This document shows positions 11,330 through 21,127 of a DNA stretch of 23,145 bases, in pieces. Under the pieces are notes generated by a model. The model was not told the DNA's origin, did not search any database, and saw only the letters and a program-made list of their open reading frames with translations. Source of the stretch: Octopus sinensis (Eukaryota); assembly GCF_006345805.1 (NCBI RefSeq), contig NW_021836661.1, positions 1 through 23,145 on the forward strand, read 5' to 3'. How positions within the stretch are numbered: position 1 is the first letter of the stretch; each line of letters opens with the position of its first letter. Both the position numbers and the translations under genes were made by a program.

Positions 11330-11443
11330 ATGTATATTGTATATTTATATATGTATTAAATGTATCTATATATACATATATATAAATATATAACACCTAT
11401 TTATATACACAATCCTGTATATACATACGTTTATATCTATATC

Positions 11444-11484
<41 letters not shown>

Positions 11485-11523
11485 ATTTATTTATGTATTA
11501 TACACACATATATACACACACAC

Positions 11524-11569
<46 letters not shown>

Positions 11570-11600
11570 GTATATATATATATATATTTAACATACATTT
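9934..11600. repeat. extended (ATT)n/(TA)n/(TG)n low-complexity region with a short unique island (~10500-10800)
   Basis: Seen directly. Confidence 0.9.
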
Positions 11601-12213
11601 ATACTTTTATGTATTTCTCGTCCATCTTCTTCACACATTTTACTGCCGTAACTATAGAATCTACCCAACCTCATTGAAAGAAAACAGAAAAACTTGAAGC
11701 CAAATTGAAGAGAAACTATGAATGACGTTGAAGAGTTGTATTAGAACGGCTTCTTCTACACACATTATAAATAATGTGTCAGAAAAATCATGGTCTTTTA
11801 CAGAGTGCTTAGTTTTTATCTTCCATTAACACTTCTTAAATTGTCTCTGTGAACGGACTGTCAAAATACTGACTCGTCACATCAGGTAGCAGATGTCTGA
11901 CTTCTAATGTATATTCATAGGGAATAACAAAACAAAGTAGAATGCTGGGTATATGTTTGCATGTAGTTATATGGCTTGTTTGTTTCTGTGTCTATTGAAT
12001 GTGCGTAATTGGACGTTAATGCGTAAGAATGTATGTGTGGGTGTATGTATGTGTGGGTGTATGTATGTGCATGTGCGTGTGTGGGTATATCTGTATGTTT
12101 GAACGTATGCAAACGTGTGTATGAGGTTGTTCTTATTTGTGTCTATGTCATTTTGCAAAGTGTGTTCATGCTGAAGTCCTCGTGTTATTAGGTGCAATCT
12201 ACATATATGTATG

Positions 12214-12217
<4 letters not shown>

Positions 12218-12279
<62 letters not shown>

Positions 12280-12328
12280 TATATATACATACATATATAT
12301 CGATACACTCATGAATTCATATATATAT

Positions 12329-12375
<47 letters not shown>
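12218..12375. repeat. (TA)n followed by (AGAT)n microsatellites
   Basis: TA run from 12218 and AGAT run ~12331-12374. Confidence 0.95.
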
Positions 12376-12384
12376 TATTTTGTA

Positions 12385-12473
12385 TTATTTTACTTGTTTC
12401 AATCATTTGACTGCGGCCATGCTGGAGCACCACCTCTAATCGTACAATTCGACACCAGGACTTATTCTTGTAA
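12385..12473 (-). mobile_element. 3'-end fragment of family-B SINE
   Basis: ttttacttgtttcaatcatttgactgcggccatgctggagcacc...gacttattcttgtaa matches 7538-7625. Confidence 0.88.
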
Positions 12474-12590
12474 ATTTCTGAATATACTTGATGAAGGATG
12501 GATGGTATATCGGCCGAAACCTTGTGTTAACAATAAACAAGATTAGGACAACACCCGTCAAATGTAAATAATGTCAATAATAATAATAAT
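12474..12590 (+). mobile_element. Penelope-like relic with a degenerate hammerhead-like core (12488-12524)
   Basis: UUGAUGA-A-GGAUG-gaugguauau-CGGCC-GAAAC resembles CUGAUGA-stem II-GAAAC. The stem has one mismatch, and an AAT-rich tail follows. Confidence 0.45.
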
Positions 12591-12598
12591 AATAATAT

Positions 12599-12650
<52 letters not shown>

Positions 12651-12823
12651 TAATATGTATATATATATATAAGAAATTATTATGTGCAGATCAATGTAGT
12701 ACATAAATGCTATAAATATTCGCAGGAAATAGTGGGCTGGCAACACATTTGGACACAAAAAGTCAGAAGGTGAAGTCTTAAATGGAGAGCGTACGTCCAT
12801 CACATCGGCCCCACATCTTTATT

Positions 12824-12930
12824 GATACTTATTTTATCGGCTGTGACAGTTTGGAAGTTAAAACTCCCATCAGCGGGAGTTGAACAAAAAAAACAGTTAT
12901 GCATTTTGTCAGCCGCTTCAAAATCTCTGC
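12824..12930 (-). mobile_element. very old family-A SINE fragment
   Basis: gatacttattttatcgg...cagcgggagttgaac...gcattttgtcagccgct...ctctgc loosely follows the family-A block order. Confidence 0.45.
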
Positions 12931-12945
12931 AAATATATTTCGTAA

Positions 12946-13283
12946 ATAATACGGTGGCCGGCCTTGTGTAGTTTCGATATTTCGGGTGAATCTACACTTA
13001 TTCATGCTTGCGTATGATAAGAGATTTTATGACTGAAGGTAGACTTTGAGTATGAGTCTCAATTGTTTTCTGAAAGTGTGTGTGTCAATCGTATTGTAAT
13101 TTATGAATAGCAATTCATGAACGAAGCGCTCGTGTAAAGGGTTGACGATCTCGTCTCGTTTCGATATTTCTGGTGGGTCCTTATTTATTCAGTTTGCACA
13201 TGATGATATACATTTCATGACCGAAGTTAGTCTTTGAGTATCGATCCCCATCATTTTCTGAAAGTGTATTTGTCGTTCTATTT
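12946..13283. repeat. diverged tandem repeat, period ~187-188 bp, ~1.8 units
   Basis: gtttcgatatttc occurs at 12971 and 13158; tgaaagtgt at 13071 and 13259. Shared ttatga(c/t)..aag.tag.ctttgagtat blocks. Confidence 0.8.
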
Positions 13284-14071
13284 TTGTTCTTCTCTTCTTG
13301 TCTTGAGACAGCATTCACCCGGGGTGGTTTGAGCTAGCTTCGTTCATCCTCAATGCTGCATCTCTCACAAACGCCGACCAGACCTGGTGATTTGAGGCTA
13401 ACGACCGCATGATCTCCAACCATTCCTCATTCCAGCGACGAACGCCGTAGATATGGGGGGCCTAGGTTGGGTTCCAGATCAACCTTTACTCTCATCAGCC
13501 AGGTTTTTCGCTGTCCACCACATCACTTTCGCCAACTCTGAAGGGGAGATGGAGCAATTGCTACGTAGATGAATTCTCCTGGTTGGCGACGGAGGGCATG
13601 ACCCAACCAACGCATACGTCTCGTTAGGATGACTTGTCAGATGGATGTGATTTTGCACTGGTGTCGAACCGAATTGTTGGAGACAAAGTGATGTCATCGG
13701 ACACGAAGGATGCGGCGTAGACAGAGGCGATCGAAGGATTCTAGTCGCTTAATATCTTCCACCCTCATCAGCCATGACTCGCTGCAGTAAAGGAGAATCG
13801 TTCGCACTAGTGGTTGGTAGATCCGTACGTTGGTGGTGCGTCGGATCTCAGATCTTGACCAGAGTCGTGCATTGAGTCGTGCATTGAAGGCTTGGCGTGC
13901 GAGGTCGATTAGTGTATTAATGTCAGCCTCACCTTGACCTGTGGCTGTAATGATGGCGCCAGGGTATTTGAAACTCTTCAAGAATATCACCTTTGAGAAT
14001 AAAATACTTCATCCTAAAGTCGGAGGGAGGTGATTTTGCGCTGGTGTCGCATCGAACTGTTGGATCACATC
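13284..14071 (-). mobile_element. 5'-truncated RTE-clade LINE (RT C-terminus to 3' tail) with a candidate 6-bp TSD, CTATTT
   Basis: ORF 13694-13990 gives FKYPGAII...ARQAFN..RLWSRSEIRRTTNVRIYQPLVRTILLYCSESW...LESFDRLCLRRILRVR. It continues in frame past stops as RRMRWLGHALRR...GGQRKTW...GPHIYGVRRWN and ends in the tail caagacaagaagagaagaa. CTATTT lies at 13278-13283 and 14072-14077. Confidence 0.93.
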
Positions 14072-14072
14072 C

Positions 14073-14347
14073 TATTTAGTTGATGACAACCAATGCTTGA
14101 ACAAAGCCCTCGTGTAAAACTTCCCACGATATGATTCAACACTAGTCTGTAACTGCACGAACGCCTCCATGAGTAATCCGTGCGCAGAGATTAAATTTAC
14201 TGGAAATTCATATTTAGTTGATGACAACCAATGCTTGAACAAAGGCCTCGTGCAAAACTTCCCACGATATGATTCAAGACTAGTCTGTAACTGCACGAAC
14301 GCCTCCATGAGTAATCCGTGCCAGAGATTAAATTTACTGGAAATTCA
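14073..14347. repeat. near-perfect tandem duplication (138 + 137 bp)
   Basis: Copy 1 is 14073-14210 and copy 2 is 14211-14347, with only a few substitutions and a 1-bp indel. Confidence 0.97.
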
Positions 14348-14370
14348 TGGAAGTTATATTTCAATCATTT

Positions 14371-14603
14371 AAGGCGGCGAGCTGGCAGACACCTTAGCGC
14401 GCCGGGCGGAATGCTTAGCGGTATTTCGTCTGTCGTTACGTTCTGAGTTCAAATTCCGCCGAGGTCGACTTTGCCTTTCATCCTTTCGGGTCGATAAATA
14501 AAAGTACCAGTTTCGCACTAGGGTCGATGTAATCGACTTAATCCCTTTGTCTGTCCTTGTTTGTCCTCTCTATGTTTAGCCCCTTGTGGGCAATAAAGAA
14601 ATA
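14371..14603 (+). mobile_element. full-length family-A SINE with a perfect 16-bp TSD
   Basis: Head aaggcggcgagctggcag and B-box gagttcaaattcc. The sequence tatatttcaatcattt occurs at 14355-14370 and 14604-14619. Confidence 0.96.
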
Positions 14604-15471
14604 TATATTTCAATCATTTTGTGCTTAGCGCACTACTGTATCGTCAGAGATATGTACCGAGATAAAATTAAATACATGCAACTAGTCTGTTTCAAAGTTT
14701 ACAAAAGTATCTATTCATGTACTTACATGACGACAGCGGTTTTCCACACAGTCGCAATATTTCCGTTTTAACAGTCTCTTCATTGAACTGTATTTACTAG
14801 ACTAAACAATAGAACAATACAAAAAGTTCTACAACGCAACAAATATGCCCAGTTCTTCGTGTATTTCTTATATACAAATAACTGTATTCTATTGATCAAA
14901 TGTGCACTAACTACACAAAAGTTCAACGTAATAACACACAAAAAAAAATACTTATAAAACAGAACAGAAAATGCATTATCCGTATCGTCACCTATCATTA
15001 ATAATATATTACAAAACAGAAAATTTATAAAGTTTCTTGTTGTTCAGATATCACAAGTCTGTAAATGCACGAATGTTAACAATTTACTATCAAACGATAT
15101 GAGATACAAAATCATACAGCGAATGGTTAAATTATACACTTCGAGTTCACATTTGATATATTCTCTGTATAAAAAATGAAGCTTTTCACACAGAAAATCA
15201 TGCGATTATTACGCGTCAGCTACTTAAGGGAAAATGTGGTATAGAGCTTTCAGCAAATAATAGGCTTTATAACGAAAGCTCCCGACTAGAATGCCCGTCG
15301 ATATGGGTCTGCTTGAGCATGGTGTATCAGAGTTTAACGTCACCAGATTACATCACATCCTATCATGTGTCAATTAAAAGACCGGATGTGGATGACAGAT
15401 GTGTATTCTGCAAAACTGCCCAGAAAGTATATATATTGTTTGTTCCTTCTTGAGCCATGTATGTATAGAAT

Positions 15472-16465
15472 GAAGTTGAATTCAGAACGTAGCGGCAGAC
15501 GAAATACCTATTTCTTTACTACCCACAAGGGGCTAAACACAGAGAGGACAAACAAGAGCAGTCAAAAGGATTAAGTCGATTATATCGACCCCAGTATGTA
15601 ACTGGTACTTAGTCGATCCCGGAAGGATAAAAGGCAAAGTCGACATCTGCGGAAGTTGAACTCAGAACGTAGCGGCAGACGCAATACCTATTTATTTACT
15701 ACCCACAAGGGGCTAAACACAGAGAGAACAAACAAGGACAGTCAAACAGATTAGGTCGATTATATCGACCCCAGTGCGTAACTGGTACTTATTAGTCGAC
15801 CCCGGAGGATGAAAGGCAAAGTCAACTTCGGCGGAAGTTGAACTCAGAACATAGCGACAGACGTAATACCTATTTCTTTACTTCCCACAAAGGGCAAAAC
15901 ACAGAGAGGATAAACAATGACAGACAGACGGATTAAGTCGATTATATCGACCCCTGTGCGTAACTGGTACTTATTAGTCGACCCCGGAGGATGAAAGACA
16001 AAGTCAACCTCGGCGGAAGTTGAACTCAGAACATAGCGACAGACGTAATACCTATTTCTTTACTGCCCACGAAGGGCAATACACAGAGAGGACAAACAAG
16101 GACAGACAGACGGATTAAGTCGATTGTATCGACCCCAGTGCGTGACTGGTACTTATTTAATCGATCCCAGAAGAATGAAAGGCAACGTCGACCTCGACGG
16201 AATTTGCACTCATAACGTAACGGCAGACGAAATACCTATTTCTTTATTACCCACAAGGGGCTAAACATAGAGGGGACAAACAAGGACAGACATAGGTATT
16301 AAGTCGATTACATCGATCCCAGTGCGTAACTGGTACTTAATTGATCGACCCTGAAAGGATGAAAGGCAAAGTCGACCTCGGCGGAATTTGCACTCACAAC
16401 GTAACGGCAGACGAAATACCACTAAGCACTTCGCCCGGCCCGCTAACATTTCTGCCAGCTCGCCT
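15472..16465 (-). mobile_element. family-A SINE with one head and five full plus one partial tandem ~182-bp body units
   Basis: The marker aatacc occurs at 15503, 15683, 15865, 16047, 16231 and 16415 (periods 180, 182, 182, 184, 184). The head (aggcgagctggcagaaatgttagc) is present only at 16416-16465. Confidence 0.96.
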
Positions 16466-17106
16466 ACTTCTTAGCATGCAACATCTCCAATAACGAAGGT
16501 TCATACTATGGATGCAAGTATGTCGTTTCATTTCACATTCTGCCGCAGGCGTAGATAGCAGGAATGATTATTTGGAAATTGGCCAGCAGCAGGAGAAAGT
16601 GGTATGATTGTTGGTTTTTACTAAATTACAACTGATTAATTGAGAATGAAGTGTAGCACAATATCATGCAATTTGCATTGTAGGCCCTATAAATATTGTT
16701 TTCTATTTCCTAAAAATTATGGTGCGTACAAAAATATCTACTTGTGTTTCTTTTGTTACTTCAAAATTCAGAATTTGGCTACGCTTAAAACTTAATTTGT
16801 AAAATAATATTTTCTACATTTGAAAATATATCTTTTGAAAACAGATTAGACTCGCTTGAATTGTATATACAATTTAATAAAAAAATAAATTATGCATCAT
16901 AAACATTATATTGCTTTTTGAAACTCTTTCATTTTAACAAATAATGAAAATCTGTTCCTTAGCACTTTTGTTACAATTTTTCTGCAGAGTGAAAACGCTT
17001 AACATCATTATTTATGGTTGAATAATTTCGAATAGAATGAATTCAACATCAAAGTGGTATTTTAATATTAATTACCTAATTGGCTGTATAGATATGCATG
17101 CATGCT

Positions 17107-17143
<37 letters not shown>

Positions 17144-17174
17144 ATAGATAATGATAGATATACATATACAAATA

Positions 17175-17229
<55 letters not shown>

Positions 17230-17470
17230 ATGTATGATATCTATAGATATATATATATATATGTTAATAAAATAGAACATATGCATTATATAAACATATA
17301 TGTACGTACCTACCTCTACATGTACATATACACGCATATATGTGTACAGGACACCAAAAAGACGTCGAACACATAGAGAGACGAAAAACATAGACACATA
17401 TATATATATATATTTATATATCTATATATGTATGTATATATATATTTATATGTGTGTGTGTTTATGTGTG
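17107..17470. repeat. (TA)n/(TG)n microsatellite clusters
   Basis: Seen directly. Confidence 0.9.
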
Positions 17471-17703
17471 TATGTTTAGAAAAGGAGACACGTAAACCCA
17501 TACTAATATACGTGCCTGTGTCTGCCTGTGTGTATATGTATGCGTCAGTTCGCAATTGTCTCGATTTAAACGTATTTGACAAAAAAAAAAGGGATCTCTA
17601 ATTTCCTTCCCCGTTTAAACTGCAGAAACCACCAGAATTCTAATTCCTGCTAAACACAAAAAAAAACTACTAATTATTATCTCGAATATGATCCACCACT
17701 ATT

Positions 17704-17925
17704 TAAGGCGGCGAACTGGCAGTATCATTAGCAAACAAGAACAATATTTACCTTTATCTCGTCCGTCTTCACGTAGTGAGTTCAAATTTCGCCGAGGTCG
17801 ACGTTTCATTTTTTTCCCCTACCAGAATTAGAACATAGGTAACAGTTAATCACTGCAAGCGATGTAATCCACTTATAGCCTTACTTGAAATATTTGGCCT
17901 TTTACCAAAATTTGAACCCAATATT
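17704..17925 (+). mobile_element. old family-A-related SINE with a different 3' tail
   Basis: taaggcggcgaactggcag, gagttcaaatttcgccgaggtcgac and gatgtaatccact are present. The tail tggccttttaccaaaatttgaacccaatatt differs from that of the young copies. Confidence 0.8.
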
Positions 17926-19331
17926 ATCGTCTGCATTCTTAAATGTTAAGACTCCAGCATCTCAGGTGTCCTATCAGCTACTAAAATAATTAGAACAATA
18001 AAAACGAGTCTATTCGTGTGTGTGTATTAATTTGGGGTTGATAGTCTTCCGTTTTTAACCGATGTCGATCCTGTCCAAATTTTGGAGTTGGTTATATAAA
18101 TTGGGATAACAAACATACGGAAGTGTACCATTAAACGTTACTGCGGTAAGTAAACCAAATGCAATAATTAAATAAACACAACGAGCACTATTAGTTAGCA
18201 TCTATTGCAGTAAATGAACTAAGTACATCTGTCCCTTTAACTGTCACATGTAAGGTGTCTTACTGTGTGAATTACGTAAAGCCCAGGAGCGCATCTAAGT
18301 CTTCCAATGACAATAGTGGTAGGTATTACAATTAATGAAAGTACGGTACATATTACATCGCCATAGACTTTTGCGAGCCATGCCTCGATGTACTTTTAAA
18401 ACATTTGGCACATGCTTTATTAAGCCACGTATAAACCGGTTGATGATGTTTAGTCAGCAATTTGGCTTCATCTGGCTGATCTATGATAAAAGTAGTTCTA
18501 GTTTATTTTAGTTTATTTTATTGGTGAGGCTGAGTTATTTTATTGGAGTCAACACGGATGTCTGTTTTACTTTAAGATGAATAAGACTTAATTCTCAAAC
18601 GCGAGCCTATTCGATGCATATATTTTAATTTATGGAAACATGTAGAAATAAACTTTAATGAAAAAAAGATATGTTTGTGTTTTTGGTTTTTACATTATAG
18701 CGTTTGTACAAGTTGTATTGATCTCACGTTGAAGTTAGTTAAATGATGTTAATTTGATTAAGTATCTGGAGAGTTTACAGATAAAGATAAAACATGATTT
18801 AGGTGAATTAATTAGCAGCATTATCGACTTGAAGCTTCAATATAAATTACGATTCAATGTGTATCGATGTTGCGTTTCATTTTAACCTGCGTTCATACAG
18901 AGAAATATTTCAGCGCAAATGAACAAACATAACAGTTTTAATTAATTAGCAAAAGAAAATAGTCCTACACATTGGCTATTATCTGAGTAGTATCAATATC
19001 GTTTCTCCTTAAAATGCAATAGTAAGAACGAAATTAGCCATAAAATCTGCAGGTTACTGTCAGATGAGAGAAAAGGGAAACACAAAGCATGTATATTGTC
19101 TTTCATTTTAATTTACATATATCACAGAAAAAAGTTTGTTAATCGTTAACAGGACTAATTTATTGCAAGACATCGTGATGGGAAACAGTGAACTGCAAAC
19201 CGCAGATTAGTATTATTCCCCCTAATATCTTCGATCAAATTAAAATGCTTCTGCCTGAAAATTCGTTTCCCCGGTTCCCCGTTTGGGTAATTTCTGACAC
19301 TCTGATTAAATTATTTACTGGATATTAAATA

Positions 19332-19544
19332 TACTCTTTACTCTCTTTTACTTGTTTCAGTCATTTTGACTGCGGCCATGCTGGACCACCGCCTTTAGTC
19401 GAGCAAATCGACCCCGGGACTTATTCTTTGTAAGCCCAGTACTTGTTTTATCGGTCTCTTTTGCCGAACCGCTAAGTGACGGGGACGTAAACACACCAGC
19501 ATCGGTTGTCAAGCAATGCTAGGGGGACAAACACAGACACACAA

Positions 19545-19577
<33 letters not shown>

Positions 19578-19742
19578 CATATATACGACATGCTTCTTTC
19601 AGTTTCCGTCTACCAAATCCACTCACAAGGCATTGGTCGGCCCAGGGCTATAGCAGAAGACACTTGCCCAAGATGCCACGCAGTGGGACTGAACCCGGAA
19701 CCATGTGGTTGGTTAGCAAGCTATTTACCACACAGCCACTCC
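19332..19742 (-). mobile_element. full-length family-B SINE
   Basis: Collinear with 7531-7926, with head ggagtggctgtgtggtaaatagc and B-box gggttcagtccc. Confidence 0.95.
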
Positions 19743-20046
19743 ATTTCTTTAATACCCACAAGGGGCTAAACACAGAGAGGACAAACAAGGACAGACAAAC
19801 GGATTAAGTCGATTACATCGACCCCAATGCGTAACTGGTACTTAATTTATCGACTCCGAAAGGATGAAAGGCAAAGTCGACCTCGGCGGATTTTGAACTC
19901 AGAATGTAACGGCAGACGAAATACCTATTTCTTTACTACCCCAAGGGGCTAAACACAGAAGGGACAAACAAGGACAGAAAAACGGATTAAGTCGATTATA
20001 TCCACCCCAGTGCGTAACTGGTACTTAATTTATCGACCCCGAAAGG
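19743..20046 (-). mobile_element. headless family-A tandem body dimer (~1.7 units, period 184 bp)
   Basis: atttcttta occurs at 19743 and 19927. The junction ggcagacgaaatacctatttcttta is the same as in the 15.5-16.5 kb array. Confidence 0.93.
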
Positions 20047-20180
20047 TACTTCTTTTATTGACCATGAAAGGGGTTTCAGGCAAAGACGACCTCAGTGGAA
20101 TTTGGACTCAGAACTTAAAAACGGATGAAATGCTACTAAGCTTTTCTCCCTGTGAGCTAATAATTCTGCCAACCCGCCTC
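20047..20180 (-). mobile_element. old family-A SINE 5' half
   Basis: caaagacgacctcagtggaatttggactcagaac...ctaagc...ctaataattctgccaacccgcc is a diverged head and B-box region. Confidence 0.8.
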
Positions 20181-20192
20181 CTTGCACTGTAT

Positions 20193-20512
20193 CTTGTTAC
20201 TTGTTTCAGTCATTTCACTGTGGCCATGCTGGATCACCGCCTTAAAGGTTTTTAGTCGAAGAAATACACCCTAAGACTTTTTCTTGAAGTCTAATACTTA
20301 TACTATTGTTCTCACTTGCCGAACCACTAAGTTACGGGGACGGAAACACATCTGTTCGACAGGCTTCTTTCAGTTTCCGTCTACCAAGTTCACTCACAAG
20401 GAGATTCTGGAGCCGATACTATAGTAGCAAACACTTGCCCGAATTGCCACACAGTGGGACTGAACCCGGAACGAAGTGTTTGGTAAATAAGCGTCTTACC
20501 ACGCAGCCTCAC
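20193..20512 (-). mobile_element. old family-B SINE lacking the internal microsatellite segment
   Basis: Tail ttacttgtttcagtcatttcactgtggccatgctgg, then aggcttctttcagtttccgtctacc and cagtgggactgaacccgg. The middle joins directly as aaacacatc-tgtt-cgacagg. Confidence 0.85.
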
Positions 20513-20769
20513 CTTCGCCAATACATATATTAGTATTCTAATCGTAAACTCATGACATGAGCCGTAACGAGGTATGAACGTCCGACCACACTGTTGCACA
20601 ATTGCTAGGCGATCGATGCAAGCGAATTCAGATCTCATTATCGATTTTGCAATGAGAACTATAATCTAAAAGACGGAAATAATACAAAGAGAAACAATCA
20701 ACATGCAGATCGATTAAAGACAATCGATATGGTCAGTCTAGTAATTTTGTGTGAATTTCATCTGTCAAT

Positions 20770-21050
20770 TAGTGAAAGATGCTTGTATGAGATTGGAGGC
20801 GCTGGCTGTGCATGGTATGTCGAAAATATATATTTCTTCTGGGCAATTGCTTTGTATTACATGGGTGGAATTGTCCGAAATTGGACATTGATTAATGGGA
20901 AGAACATATGGTGAATGTGTTGTTTAGCAGATGTGCGTTATGTGTTATTTCATCGAAGCAAGTATGGCGGTGCATTGAGAATATCGGTTGCAGTGGTTTA
21001 GGCTACACTACGTTATGGAGGAAGTTGGATCGAACGATATGCATGCGGTA
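20770..21050 (+). mobile_element. possible very old RTE-type LINE fragment
   Basis: One frame reads DACMRLEALAVHGMSK (~YDACVRTAMLHGSETW), followed by nucleotide blocks loosely resembling RLERTE...RWMC. Weak. Confidence 0.3.
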
Positions 21051-21127
21051 GTCAGTGACCCCCCACCCCCAAAAAAATGTCTTTTTTAATTTTGTTTTTT
21101 GTATGTTCTTGTTAATCATTCTTTCAC

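Noticed and set aside
14072-14308. ORF with a 46-aa tandem repeat (MEAFVQLQTS...)
   Set aside because: A by-product of a 138-bp duplication whose length happens to be a multiple of three. The second copy has a 1-bp deletion and no domain is recognisable.
15472-16465. Regularly spaced repeats suggestive of a CRISPR array
   Set aside because: Units are ~182 bp of contiguous homologous SINE body with no unique spacers, there are no cas genes, and the context is eukaryotic.
18045-18145. Candidate exon ending in a strong GTAAGT donor
   Set aside because: All three frames contain stops from every plausible acceptor. It could only be non-coding, and nothing supports that.
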